Under the pieces are notes generated by a model. The model was not told where the DNA came from, made no database searches, and was given only the letters and a program-made list of their open reading frames with translations. The position numbers were made by a program, and so were the translations under genes. A stretch of 64,000 nt of DNA from Gemmatales bacterium (GTDB lineage: Bacteria; Planctomycetota; Planctomycetia; Gemmatales; HRBIN36): the NCBI GenBank assembly GCA_041640595.1, contig JBEPZY010000003.1, positions 316,242 through 380,241 of the forward strand. Direction: 5' to 3'. Of this stretch, positions 49,196-59,617 are shown in pieces (within the stretch, counting starts at the first letter, position 1; each line of letters begins with the position of its first letter).

Positions 49196-50833
49196 TTATC
49201 GCGGGGGTTGCAGGCGGCGATGGAGTTCCTCGGCGACAGCGCGAATGGGCAGGCGTATTTGCGTGCAATCGTCACGGTTGCGTAAGGTGACCGTGTCATC
49301 CTGAAGGGTCTGGCTGTCAATGGTGATGCAGAACGGCGTACCGGCTTCGTCCTGGCGACGGTATCGCCGACCGATCGCCCCTTTGTCGTCGTAAAAAACC
49401 ACGAATTGCCGTTTCAGTTCGCGGTAGAGGGCATAGGCTTTTTCGGGCATACCATCGCGGTTGACCAGAGGGAAGACGGCCGCTTTGATGGGTGCCAGTC
49501 GGGGATGGAACCGCATCACCACACGCGGTTCGCCGCCAACGGTGTCTTCTGCATAAGCCTCGCAGATGGCCGCCAGTGCCAACCGATCCACGCCGGCCGA
49601 CGGTTCGATCACATGCGGTAAAAATTGATACCGCCCGACCTGTTCCGGCGCTGGGTTGGTTTTGAGCCACTCTTTGAAGGAGGTGAATCCCAGCTGGGTT
49701 TTGTCGCGTTCCCAGGCCTCTTCGTCGAAATAGGTCAGGTCCTTGCCGCTGGCCTGCTGATGCTGGCGGAGATCGTAATCGCCGCGGTGAGCGACGCCTT
49801 CGAGTTCCTGCGGTTCGTCGGCGAAGGGAAAAAGGTATTCGATGTCGGTGGTGCCGCAGGAATAATGAGCCAGTTCCTCGCGGCTCTGTTCGCGGGGGCG
49901 CAGACGGTCAGAACGCAAACCGAGCTGGACGTACCAGCGGATGCGCACATCCCGCCAAAAGCGGTACCATTTCTCCGATTCATGCGGGTGGCAGAAAAAT
50001 TCGATCTCCATCTGCTCGAACTCGCGGCTGCGGAAAGTGAAATAGCGAGGGTTGATCTCGTTGCGGAAGGCTTTGCCAATCTGAGCGATACCGAACGGAA
50101 GTTTGACGCGCGTGGTGCCGAGCACGTTGGCGAAGTTGACGAAGATGCCCTGAGCGGTCTCCGGACGCAAATAAGCTACGGCACTGGCATCCTCGGCAGC
50201 ACCGACAAAGGTGCGGAACATGAGGTTGAATTTCCGTGGTTCCGACAGTTGCCCGGTACAGCCCGGTTCCGGACAGGGTCGCGGCCAGTGAGACGGTGCC
50301 TGGAGCACACTGACGATAGCCAGCGGGGCTAAATCCGCCGCCAGTTTCTGCTTTTTCACCAGCCGGCCAAATTCCGCCTCAAACAGTTTTCGCGCCTGCT
50401 GCGGATCGTCGGCCTGATAAGCCAGCACCACGGGCGGGGTCGGCGATTGACCAGGTGCAGCGGCAGTGTAGTGCGGCAATTCCTTTTCTGGCACCAGGGC
50501 GACCAGGTAAACCTTGTCGGCACGATAGCGGCGTTTGCACGACGGACATTCTGTCATCCAGTCCACGAAACCGGCTACGTGTCCGCTGGCCTCCCAGACT
50601 TTCGGATTCATGATGATGGCGCAATCCAGGCCGACCATCTGCAACTCTTCCCCGTCCGGCCCCGGAGGCGGATCGAGAACCATGTCCCGCCACCAGGCCT
50701 CCTTAATGTTCCGCTTCAGTTCGACGCCCAGCGGGCCGTAGTCCCAGAACCCGTTCAGCCCGCCGTAAATCTCGCTGGAAGGGTAAATGAAACCGCGTCG
50801 TTTGCACAGGGCGACGATCTTATCCATGTCCAT
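49196..50833 (-). CDS. glyQS: Glycine-tRNA ligase (alpha2 type)
   Basis: CKRRGFIYPSSEIYGG, YLRPETAQGIF, FRNEI, EPSAGVDR, GRRYRRQDEAGTP. Confidence 0.96.
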   Translation of the reverse strand: MDMDKIVALCKRRGFIYPSSEIYGGLNGFWDYGPLGVELKRNIKEAWWRDMVLDPPPGPDGEELQMVGLDCAIIMNPKVWEASGHVAGFVDWMTECPSCKRRYRADKVYLVALVPEKELPHYTAAAPGQSPTPPVVLAYQADDPQQARKLFEAEFGRLVKKQKLAADLAPLAIVSVLQAPSHWPRPCPEPGCTGQLSEPRKFNLMFRTFVGAAEDASAVAYLRPETAQGIFVNFANVLGTTRVKLPFGIAQIGKAFRNEINPRYFTFRSREFEQMEIEFFCHPHESEKWYRFWRDVRIRWYVQLGLRSDRLRPREQSREELAHYSCGTTDIEYLFPFADEPQELEGVAHRGDYDLRQHQQASGKDLTYFDEEAWERDKTQLGFTSFKEWLKTNPAPEQVGRYQFLPHVIEPSAGVDRLALAAICEAYAEDTVGGEPRVVMRFHPRLAPIKAAVFPLVNRDGMPEKAYALYRELKRQFVVFYDDKGAIGRRYRRQDEAGTPFCITIDSQTLQDDTVTLRNRDDCTQIRLPIRAVAEELHRRLQPPR

Positions 50834-51323
50834 GGCCGTTCCCCGTTTGGTATCGCTCACCACCAGGGCACAAAGGCACGAAGCAAGGGCTGGAGCTGGT
50901 GGCTTCGTATCCGTGCGTCTCCGAGACTTCGTGTCGTTCTCGGGCGGTCACGATTGTGATAAGCGAGGCGTGCGATAGCCCGCAGAGACCTGTCGCCCGC
51001 GGCTCCGGTCCGGGCCAGCACCAATTGCGCGCGCCCTATTCGATAGCATAGCCCGGAAGTTCGCCTTGCGTGTGTCGGTAGCATGCTTTTGTAGCTGCCC
51101 GACCGCCACTCGTCAGCGCGAAACGAACCATTCGGCCTGGCTTGACCACTCGTCGGGAAAGGTTATGGTGGCCAGGTATAACATTTGCTGGTGCCCAAGC
51201 GCAAATGGCAAATGGCAGGTGGAGCGCCCAGCCGAACAACGGAATGCCCCGCCGGGTTGGCGATGCACTCGCTTGCCAACTGGTTGATTCCGATGGCTCA
51301 GAAACCGGACAATTGGATGGCTC

Positions 51324-52226
51324 ATGAATCACAAGCCCCATGCGAACAGGCACAAGTCCTGGTTGAACATGACGGTCGGTTTGGTGTGGCTGCTCTGGCT
51401 GGCTGCCTGCCAGACCGAAAAACGTTTGCCGCCACCGGTGCTCGCACCTGTGCCCGGCGACGGTTTAGCGGTGCCGTTATCGGGCTCGGTCAGACCAGGC
51501 GTCCCGCCTGCCGCAACCCATTCGCAGAATCCTTCGGCACCGCCCGCATCCGAAACTAACCCGAACCAGCCGCCAACTGCCCCACCGTTGCCGATTCCGT
51601 CAGCCGGGCCAGATGCACCGACCAGTCCGGGCAACTCATCTTCGGGCTGGCGACCGACTCCGACCAGTGCCGGCGACGCGGTAACTCGTGAGCCTGTCCC
51701 GCGTGCCGATCCCAGCAACCAGATGGCAGCGGTAAGCGACGACCAGCAGTTGCGAATTCGTGCCGAGCGAATCTTTCACCGTCTGCTGCAAACCCAATCC
51801 CCGGCCGGTCCCGTTCCGCATCTGCTGGTGGTACCGCAACCCGAACCGTTATTGCGTAGTCAGCCTCCCGACCAGGTGATCGTGTCGCTGGGTCTGCTCC
51901 GGCAATGTCGCACGGACGGCGAACTGGCCACGGTGCTCAGTTTTCCGCTGGCCAGATTGCTCCAGCAGCCGGGCCCAGCCAGTCCGGTTCTTGATCGTCC
52001 GCCGCCGGATGTCCCGATCGGCCCGGAAAGCAGCACTTATGGCGAATTACCGCCGTGGCGTCAGGCCGAGCTGGTCAAAACGGGTCATGCTCGCCGTCAG
52101 CCGGTCCGTGTTTCCTCGCGTGATCCGATCCTGCTGGCCCGGCAGATGGTGTTGCGTGCCGGTTATTCGGATGCCGAATTCGAGCGGGGTAGCGCTCTGG
52201 TGAGCGGTGCGGGTTATCGTCCCTGA
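51324..52226 (+). CDS. Pro-rich lipoprotein with a degenerate M48-peptidase-like domain
   Basis: Lipobox WLAAC; VSLGLL..TDGELATVL without HEXXH. Confidence 0.65.
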   Translation: MNHKPHANRHKSWLNMTVGLVWLLWLAACQTEKRLPPPVLAPVPGDGLAVPLSGSVRPGVPPAATHSQNPSAPPASETNPNQPPTAPPLPIPSAGPDAPTSPGNSSSGWRPTPTSAGDAVTREPVPRADPSNQMAAVSDDQQLRIRAERIFHRLLQTQSPAGPVPHLLVVPQPEPLLRSQPPDQVIVSLGLLRQCRTDGELATVLSFPLARLLQQPGPASPVLDRPPPDVPIGPESSTYGELPPWRQAELVKTGHARRQPVRVSSRDPILLARQMVLRAGYSDAEFERGSALVSGAGYRP

Positions 52227-52397
52227 TGCGGTCTGGCAAGTGGATTTGCGATTTGCAATGTCGTAGTAGTTTACGCATGGTTGTCGTTTCTGATACGGTG
52301 TACCGGGCGGCCCGTTTGTCAAACACTGCGTCGGATCGGAAAATATACTGAAAGCACCGCCGGGCCTGGCCGGCCCAGTTACCACACGTGAGCGAAA

Positions 52398-54056
52398 ATG
52401 CCCTATACGGTGGAAAATTTTTGCGGCCTGATCATGCGGAGCAAACTCCTCAGTCCGGAGGCGGTGCAGCAACTCTGTCAACGCTGGCGGCAATCCGCTC
52501 CTGATCCGAAGGACACCAAAGCCTTTGCTCACTGGCTCGTTCAGCAGAATCAGCTCACCGAATATCAGGCCGCCCTGTTACTTCACGGTTACGCCGACAA
52601 TTTTTTCCTCGGCCCGTACAAGATTCTCGAACGGATTGCCCAGGGCCGCATGGCCGGCGTCTATCGAGCCGTGCATGTGGACTCGGGACAGGTCGTCGCT
52701 TTGAAAGTGTTGCCGCCTTCCTCGGCCAAAGACCCGACTTTGCTCGGCCGATTTCTCCGCGAGAGTGAGCTGGCTCGCCAGCTGGTTCATCCCAACATCG
52801 TTCGCACCTTCGATGCCGGTCAGAGCAACGGCCTGTATTACCTGGTCATGGAATATCTCGAAGGAGCCACGCTCGAAGAAGTTTTAAAGCAGAGGCAAAC
52901 GTTGACCCCGCTGGAGACGGCTCGGCTGGGGTTTTTCGTCTGCCTCGCCCTGCAATGTCTGCACGAAAACAATATCGTCCATCGTGATCTCAACCCCGGC
53001 AATATCCTCCTGGTACCGGCACCGCAAGCCGGCGAACTTATCCGTCGCGCAGCCGTCAAGCTGTTCGATGTTGGCCTGGCCCGCGAAATCTTCCAGCCCC
53101 ATCAGCAGCCACAGTCCGGCGAACTCACGGTAACCGGTACCATCATCGGCCGGGTGGACTATATCGCTCCCGAACAAGCCCGCGATGCCCGTCTCGTGGA
53201 CATTCGTGCCGATCTCTACAGCCTCGGTTGTGTGCTTTACCACTGCCTGGCTGGCAAACCGCCCTTTGCAGACACTGATCCTCTCCGCACGCTCAGCCGA
53301 CACCAATCCGAACCACCGCGACCATTGCCGGAAATCAATCCGCAGGTGAGCGGCGCGTTTTGGAATGTGATCGTGCGGTTACTGGCCAAGAATCCCCAGG
53401 ACCGCTATCCGACTCCCGCTGCCGCTGCCGAGGCTCTGCGAAACATTCTCCAAGAACAGCCACAAGTCCCCTCGGTCGAGCCCAGCCGCGAATTACAGGC
53501 TTACCTCGCCTGGTTGCGGCAGCGACCTGCATCTGCAGATGTCCCGATCGAGCCAACGCGGCCGCGGGTCAAACCGCCTCCGTCGCTGAAACAACTCAAA
53601 CGTCGCCGTTCCGGTAAGTCGCGGGTGGAGCGGGTAGCTGTCGATTCCCCCAAACCGGCGCCGGCAGACTCCACCGCCAGGCCCGCCGCTCCCCTTTCAC
53701 CCCCGGAGCCTGCTCTAAGTGGACAAAATATCACTAATGCTCCGCCGCCCCAACTATCTCCAGTCGCGGCAAGTGTTCCGCCGACCGCATCGCTTTCCCC
53801 AAGCAACCCGCCGGCTGGTGCACCGATGGCAGCACCGCCTGGTTCTACTGGTGCGGTTACTTCCGGCCCCGTTCCACCATTTCCGACCGGCGTGATGGTG
53901 GTCAACGTCGAGCCGGTCTCTGCCGCTGATTTGCTCAAGCCGCCGTTTGGCTTGCCGATCCCGCGCGACCTGTTCATGTTCCTGGCTGGTGCGGTGAGTG
54001 TGCTGCTTTTGGTGGCCCTGATCTGGCTGATTGTCTGGCTGGCTGGCGGCAGCTGA
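52398..54056 (+). CDS. Ser/Thr protein kinase with Pro-rich linker and C-terminal TM
   Basis: [35 protein letters not shown]. Confidence 0.92.
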   Translation: MPYTVENFCGLIMRSKLLSPEAVQQLCQRWRQSAPDPKDTKAFAHWLVQQNQLTEYQAALLLHGYADNFFLGPYKILERIAQGRMAGVYRAVHVDSGQVVALKVLPPSSAKDPTLLGRFLRESELARQLVHPNIVRTFDAGQSNGLYYLVMEYLEGATLEEVLKQRQTLTPLETARLGFFVCLALQCLHENNIVHRDLNPGNILLVPAPQAGELIRRAAVKLFDVGLAREIFQPHQQPQSGELTVTGTIIGRVDYIAPEQARDARLVDIRADLYSLGCVLYHCLAGKPPFADTDPLRTLSRHQSEPPRPLPEINPQVSGAFWNVIVRLLAKNPQDRYPTPAAAAEALRNILQEQPQVPSVEPSRELQAYLAWLRQRPASADVPIEPTRPRVKPPPSLKQLKRRRSGKSRVERVAVDSPKPAPADSTARPAAPLSPPEPALSGQNITNAPPPQLSPVAASVPPTASLSPSNPPAGAPMAAPPGSTGAVTSGPVPPFPTGVMVVNVEPVSAADLLKPPFGLPIPRDLFMFLAGAVSVLLLVALIWLIVWLAGGS

Positions 54057-54127
54057 TTTCCTCCATCGCAACTTCGCCTTGCTTCGCTTGTCCTGCTGAC
54101 TCGCATTCGCCGAAACGGAGCTTGCCT

Positions 54128-54982
54128 ATGCGCTTTGTCAAGATGCATGGTTGCGGTAACGATTACGTCTATGTGGACTGCTTTCGGCAGAAGGCACCTG
54201 CGAATCCTGCCGCGCTCAGTCGCCGCATCAGCGACCGCCATTTCGGCGTGGGGAGCGATGGGTTGATTCTCATCTGTCCGTCGGAACGCGCCGATGCCCG
54301 CATGCGGATGTTCAACGCCGACGGCAGTGAGGCGGAGATGTGCGGTAATGGTATTCGTTGCGTCGCGAAATACCTCTACGATCACGGTCTGGTGCGTAAA
54401 AATCCGCTCCGCATAGAAACCGGCCGCGGGGTGCTCGAACTGCAACTGCATCTGGCCCACGATAAGGTGGAACGAGTCACGGTGGATATGGGCGAACCGA
54501 TTTTCGATCCGGCGCAGATTCCCACCACTTTCTCCGGACAGCCGCCCTGCCAGGTTCCTCTCCAGCTCGATGCGGCTACTTACGAAATAACCGTTCTCTC
54601 TATGGGCAATCCCCACTGCGTCCTCTACGTTGCCGAACTGCAGGATGAATTCGTGCACGGTCTGGGACCGCGCATCGAGCATCACCCGGCCTTTCCGAAA
54701 CGGATCAATGTCGAATTTGTCAAGGTCTTGAATCCCGACGAAATCCGCCTGCGGGTGTGGGAACGCGGGAGCGGTGAAACCCTCGCTTGCGGTACTGGTG
54801 CCTGTGCCGCTTGCGTGGCCGGTGTCCTTACCGGACGCACTCGACGGCGCATCCTTGCCCATCTGTTGGGCGGGGACTTAGAACTGGAATGGTCTGCCAC
54901 TAATAATCACGTCTATATGACCGGACCCGCGGTCGAAGTGTTTAGCGGCGAATGGCCCGACTCGGAAATTCCTGACCATTGA
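54128..54982 (+). CDS. dapF: Diaminopimelate epimerase
   Basis: [31 protein letters not shown]. Confidence 0.96.
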   Translation: MRFVKMHGCGNDYVYVDCFRQKAPANPAALSRRISDRHFGVGSDGLILICPSERADARMRMFNADGSEAEMCGNGIRCVAKYLYDHGLVRKNPLRIETGRGVLELQLHLAHDKVERVTVDMGEPIFDPAQIPTTFSGQPPCQVPLQLDAATYEITVLSMGNPHCVLYVAELQDEFVHGLGPRIEHHPAFPKRINVEFVKVLNPDEIRLRVWERGSGETLACGTGACAACVAGVLTGRTRRRILAHLLGGDLELEWSATNNHVYMTGPAVEVFSGEWPDSEIPDH

Positions 54983-54992
54983 CCGGATAACC

Positions 54993-56588
54993 ATGCCCCA
55001 CCCAGTCATGGAACACGCCTGGCGATCGTCGCTGCGACGGTCAGCTTATGCGATCCTGATTGCCCTGGCCGCGGGACAGGTGGCCGGGCGGATCCTTTCC
55101 GCTGAATATGTCCTGGAACCGAGTCTGCATCGGCCGGCCGACTTAGTAACCGACCCGCGCCGACCCTGGCCGACGACACCACCACCAGCCCTGCCGTTAT
55201 TTAGTTCTAATGATCGCTCGCGCTGGGCAACGGTTCGCGCTCTCGTCGAACATGGTCGCTACAGTATCGGTTACCGCTATGAATATCCGCCTCTGGGCAA
55301 GCTGAGCCACCTGGAAGCTCAGGCCGTGTTGCTGGCGCGATCTCTAAGTGTTAGTAGCCTGTGGCTGAGTGGCGGCATCTATGGACCGCCTGTTCTACCA
55401 CCACCTTTATATAGCGATCACGGCATCATTTTTGAACCGGGCTGGACCAGCGTGGACAAGATTCTTGATCCGGAAACGAAACTCTATTATTCGAGTAAGC
55501 CCCCTTTACTTCCCACACTGCTGGCCGGGGAATACTGGTTTTTGCATCGCGTTCTGGGCTGGTCTTTCGATCGGCACGCGCCGCTCATTGTCAGGACGAT
55601 TCTACTCACCTGGAACTGGCTACCGCTTGTTATTTACCTGGTGTTATTAGCACGCATAGTGGATCACTATGCCCGAACAGATTGGGGCGCCATCTTTACT
55701 GTCGGCACTGCTTGTTTTGGCACCTTTATTACCACCTTCAGCACGACACTGAATAACCATACGGCAGCCGCGCTGGGCTTAGTGTTTGCCCTTTATCCCG
55801 CTCTGCGTATTTACTGGCAGAGCGAAAACGGTGAGCCGCTAAATTCTCCGTGGTGGTATTACAGTCTGGCCGGTTTGTTCGCTGGCTGGACGGCTTGCAA
55901 TGAATTACCGGCATTGCTTGTGGTAATTGGCCTGGGGTTATTATTAGTCTGGCGATCGCCTCGAAATGCTTTGCTCGGCTATGCTCCGGGCGTAGCGGTG
56001 CCCCTGGCCGCTCTCCTATGCACGAACTATCTCGCATTAGGGACACCCTGGCCTGCTTACGAGAAGTTTGGTTCCATCTGGTATGAATATCCCGGCAGCT
56101 ATTGGGCAGCTCGTCGCGGTATAGATGCAGCGCGAGAGCCGATCTGGCTCTATAGTGCCCATTTGCTGATCGGGCACCACGGCATTTTCTCGCTGACGCC
56201 GGTATTCGTGCTGGCGGCCATCAGTGTGCTGGTGCCCAATCTGGATAAGACTCCCCGCGAAGCCAGTTATAGGGTATTGCTTTACAGTACCGCCGGGGTC
56301 AGCGTCATCGTGTTTCTGTTCTATACGGTCTATGTGTATTACGCTCTGAAAACGAGCAATTACGGTGGCTGGACAAGCGGGCCGCGCTGGTTTTTCTGGC
56401 TGACGCCGCTCTGGTTATTAGCGATGCTGCCGGCAGCGGACCGGCTGGCCGCGACTCGCAGCGGTCGCTGGCTTGGTTATATATTGCTGATTTTCTCGGC
56501 ACTAAGCGTGGCGTATCCGGCCTGGAATCCCTGGCGGCATCCCTGGATTTACGACGCTTTCCAGGCCGTCGGCTGGATTAGTTACTGA
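54993..56588 (+). CDS. Multi-pass membrane protein (possibly GT-C glycosyltransferase-like)
   Basis: About 10 hydrophobic segments; NDRSRW, YSSKPP and GPRW loops. Confidence 0.7.
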   Translation: MPHPVMEHAWRSSLRRSAYAILIALAAGQVAGRILSAEYVLEPSLHRPADLVTDPRRPWPTTPPPALPLFSSNDRSRWATVRALVEHGRYSIGYRYEYPPLGKLSHLEAQAVLLARSLSVSSLWLSGGIYGPPVLPPPLYSDHGIIFEPGWTSVDKILDPETKLYYSSKPPLLPTLLAGEYWFLHRVLGWSFDRHAPLIVRTILLTWNWLPLVIYLVLLARIVDHYARTDWGAIFTVGTACFGTFITTFSTTLNNHTAAALGLVFALYPALRIYWQSENGEPLNSPWWYYSLAGLFAGWTACNELPALLVVIGLGLLLVWRSPRNALLGYAPGVAVPLAALLCTNYLALGTPWPAYEKFGSIWYEYPGSYWAARRGIDAAREPIWLYSAHLLIGHHGIFSLTPVFVLAAISVLVPNLDKTPREASYRVLLYSTAGVSVIVFLFYTVYVYYALKTSNYGGWTSGPRWFFWLTPLWLLAMLPAADRLAATRSGRWLGYILLIFSALSVAYPAWNPWRHPWIYDAFQAVGWISY

Positions 56589-56644
56589 ACACTTCGTAAA
56601 ACACTCTCCGGGCCATCCTCGATCCCGGCAAAAGGAGACAAGCC

Positions 56645-58630
56645 ATGCGCCCGATGCTTAGCGGATTGGCTGCGCTTGCCTGTGTGGGTCTGCTTCACAT
56701 ACTCGCCGCTCAGCCACCTGCCTCGAAAGAGCTTCCCGGCGACATCAACATCTATCGCTGGCTGGTGCACGAAACTGTGCAACTGAGCGAGCGACCGTTT
56801 GCTGGCGTATCGTCGCGGCAGGAATGGGAACAGCTGCGACCGCAACTGGTCGAGCAATTTTTCTATATGCTAGGTCTCTGGCCCCTGCCGGAGAAGACAC
56901 CGCTCCAGGCTCGTGTTACCGGTGTGCTTGAACGGGACAACTTCAAGGTCGAGAAACTATATTTCCAGAGCCGCCCGGGGCTTTATGTGACGGGCAATCT
57001 TTATCTGCCTAAACCGATCGCGCCCGGGCAGAAATTCCCTGCCGTCTTATACGTATGCGGGCATTCTAATCGCGGCCGGGACGGCAATAAGACCGCTTAC
57101 CAGCATCACGGCATCTGGTTCGCTACTCATGGTTATGTTTGCCTGATCATAGACACTGTGCAACTGGGCGAAATTGCCGGTATCCATCACGGCACTTATC
57201 GAGAGGGGCGCTGGTGGTGGCATTCGGCGGGATATACACCCGCAGGAGTGGAATGCTGGAATGGCATTCGTGCTCTCGATTATCTATGCAGCCGGCCCGA
57301 GGTAGATCCGCAACGGCTCGCCGTGACGGGTATCAGTGGAGGTGGTGCCTATACGACCTGGATTAGTGCCGCCGATGAACGTGTCCGCGTGTCTGTACCT
57401 GTGAGCGGTTTCAGCGACCTGCAAACCCACGTTATAGACCGCGTGATCAACGGCCATTGTGATTGCATGTTTCCTTATAACGTTTATCGCTGGGACTTCA
57501 GCACCATTCTCGGTCTGATCGCGCCGCGGGCCTTACTGTTCCTCAATTCCAGTAACGACACTATATTTCCCATGCCCGGCAACGAACGTTTGCGAGCTAA
57601 GCTGCACGAGTTTTATCGCCTCTTCCATCCTCAGCCGCAATCGCATTTTGAATTCGGGGTGGTTCCCGGTCCGCATCAGGATCATCCGGAATTGCGCTTA
57701 CTTGCTTATCGCTGGATTAATCGCCACCTGAAAAACGACCCCCGGCCGGTGCAGGAACCGGAGGTGCCTTTATTCAGCGGCAAGGAATTGCGCGTCTTTC
57801 CCGAAGACAGCGACATTCCCGCTGATGCTCTAAATCGGCGTATAGATGAGTTCTTTGTACCGCGGGCACGCTTGTCAGCTCCGGCAAATCCAGGTGAATG
57901 GCCTAAGTGGCGGGAACGGTTATTAGAGCAATTACAGGAGCGTGTGTTCCGTGACTGGCCGAATTCTGTACCGGCAGCGCAGGTGATACGCCAGGATCAG
58001 CAGACCGGCGAGGTGGTTCTAAGTCCGGACGGCGTGCTGATCATTCGTGGCCGAAACTTAGCAGCCGCTAAGAAGCCCGACCAGTATAAGCGGCAGCTCT
58101 TGGTAGTATTAGACCCGGAAGATGCCGAAGATAAGTTGCCGAACTGGGCCCGATCCGCAGTACAGGAAGGCGACCAGGTATTTTTGCTAAGTCCGCGTGG
58201 CTGCGGTAGTCTGGCCTGGACAAAACGGAATCCGCCGAACTATGTCGAGCGCGCTCATGCTTTATTAGGCCGGACGGTGGACCAGATGCGGGTCTGGGAT
58301 ATTCAGGCGACGGCTCGCTGGTTACACGAAAACGCGGAGGATGCTTTGCCCCTGGCGGTAGTCGGGCACGGCGCCATGGCGGTCAACGTCGCCTATGCAG
58401 CAATCTTCGAGGGAGCGATTTCCGAGATTATTCTGGTCGCGCCTACCACCTCGCACCTGCAGGGGCCACACTATCTCGGCATCCTTCGCGTATTAGATAT
58501 ACCGGCAGCACTGGCACTGCTGGCACCGCGGCGGTTGGCGATCCTCGAAACCGATCCCGACGCCTGGACGCTTACCCGCACGGTGTACGAACTCGCCGCG
58601 GCTAAAGATCGCCTGCGCATCAGTAAGTAA
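56645..58630 (+). CDS. Secreted alpha/beta-hydrolase (acetyl xylan esterase-like)
   Basis: Signal peptide; FQSRPGLYVTGNLY, YVCGH, GISGGG nucleophile, GHCDC. Confidence 0.85.
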   Translation: MRPMLSGLAALACVGLLHILAAQPPASKELPGDINIYRWLVHETVQLSERPFAGVSSRQEWEQLRPQLVEQFFYMLGLWPLPEKTPLQARVTGVLERDNFKVEKLYFQSRPGLYVTGNLYLPKPIAPGQKFPAVLYVCGHSNRGRDGNKTAYQHHGIWFATHGYVCLIIDTVQLGEIAGIHHGTYREGRWWWHSAGYTPAGVECWNGIRALDYLCSRPEVDPQRLAVTGISGGGAYTTWISAADERVRVSVPVSGFSDLQTHVIDRVINGHCDCMFPYNVYRWDFSTILGLIAPRALLFLNSSNDTIFPMPGNERLRAKLHEFYRLFHPQPQSHFEFGVVPGPHQDHPELRLLAYRWINRHLKNDPRPVQEPEVPLFSGKELRVFPEDSDIPADALNRRIDEFFVPRARLSAPANPGEWPKWRERLLEQLQERVFRDWPNSVPAAQVIRQDQQTGEVVLSPDGVLIIRGRNLAAAKKPDQYKRQLLVVLDPEDAEDKLPNWARSAVQEGDQVFLLSPRGCGSLAWTKRNPPNYVERAHALLGRTVDQMRVWDIQATARWLHENAEDALPLAVVGHGAMAVNVAYAAIFEGAISEIILVAPTTSHLQGPHYLGILRVLDIPAALALLAPRRLAILETDPDAWTLTRTVYELAAAKDRLRISK

Positions 58631-58752
58631 TTTTTATCCGCCCCGAACGACTTTCCCTGTAAAGCTGCGGCCATTGCTTAGCGGGTGCCCTGGTCTCAGC
58701 GAAATATCCGCGAAATATAGCATATTAGCATTTGTCAACTGGGGAACTAAAC

Positions 58753-59487
58753 ATGGCGACGCTGATTAGTGCGGAATTGCTGACTAAACTTCGGCAATAC
58801 GACACGCCGACCATTTGCAACGTCATCGAATTATTCGAGGTGCGACCGCGTCACAGCGGATATTTAGACAGTCGCATCCGTGCCTGCTTTCCGCATTTGC
58901 CGCCGATGGTGGGATTTGCCAGCAGGGCGACGTTTCGGTCGGCCTCGCCTCCCTCGCAAGGGGAGGTGTATAGCAGCCTGCTGGAGCAGGTGGCCAGTTT
59001 CGCGCAGTTGCCTGGGCCGGTGGTGGTTGTTTTCCAGGACTTAGATGATCCGCCGGTCGGGGCAACATTCGGCGAAGTGATGTGCGCAACCTATAAAGCG
59101 TTCGGCGCGGTGGGATTGATTACCAGCGGGGCCGGTCGCGATCTCGAACAGGTGGAGGCATTGCGGTTCCCGTGTTTTACCAGCGGCACGATCTGTTCCC
59201 ACGCTTACTGCCACATCGTCCAGATTAATGTGCCGGTACGTGTGGGTGGCGTGGTGATTCGACCGGGCGACTTGCTGCATGGCGATCGCAACGGCGTAAC
59301 GACCATTCCGCTGGAGATCGCCGCCGAGGTGGCTGATGCTTGTGCGGAATTCGTCGCGGCCGAGCAGGTGGTGCTGGATTATGTGAAATCCGGTCGGGTG
59401 GATGCGGACGGTTATGCTCGGGCTTTCCGCGAATCGCGGGAGCGCATCGAGTCGTTACGCCGACGGCTCAGCCGCAAGCGGACCTGA
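58753..59487 (+). CDS. RraA/HMG-aldolase family protein
   Basis: DTPTICN, ATFGEV, TSGAGRD, PGDLLHGDRNGV. Confidence 0.88.
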   Translation: MATLISAELLTKLRQYDTPTICNVIELFEVRPRHSGYLDSRIRACFPHLPPMVGFASRATFRSASPPSQGEVYSSLLEQVASFAQLPGPVVVVFQDLDDPPVGATFGEVMCATYKAFGAVGLITSGAGRDLEQVEALRFPCFTSGTICSHAYCHIVQINVPVRVGGVVIRPGDLLHGDRNGVTTIPLEIAAEVADACAEFVAAEQVVLDYVKSGRVDADGYARAFRESRERIESLRRRLSRKRT

Positions 59488-59617
59488 TCCAGCCCGCCGG
59501 CCCTTTTCCGCAGAAGAAAAACATGCTATAAAGCCTCTGTCTGTCCGTGGCAAGGCGATAAGCGGTTTCGCCGCTACCACCGGTCAACCATTCACCCAAA
59601 CCGCAAGGAGCCTTCGC

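Noticed and set aside
53501..54862. 453 aa minus-strand ORF
   Set aside because: Shadow of the kinase C-terminus and dapF.
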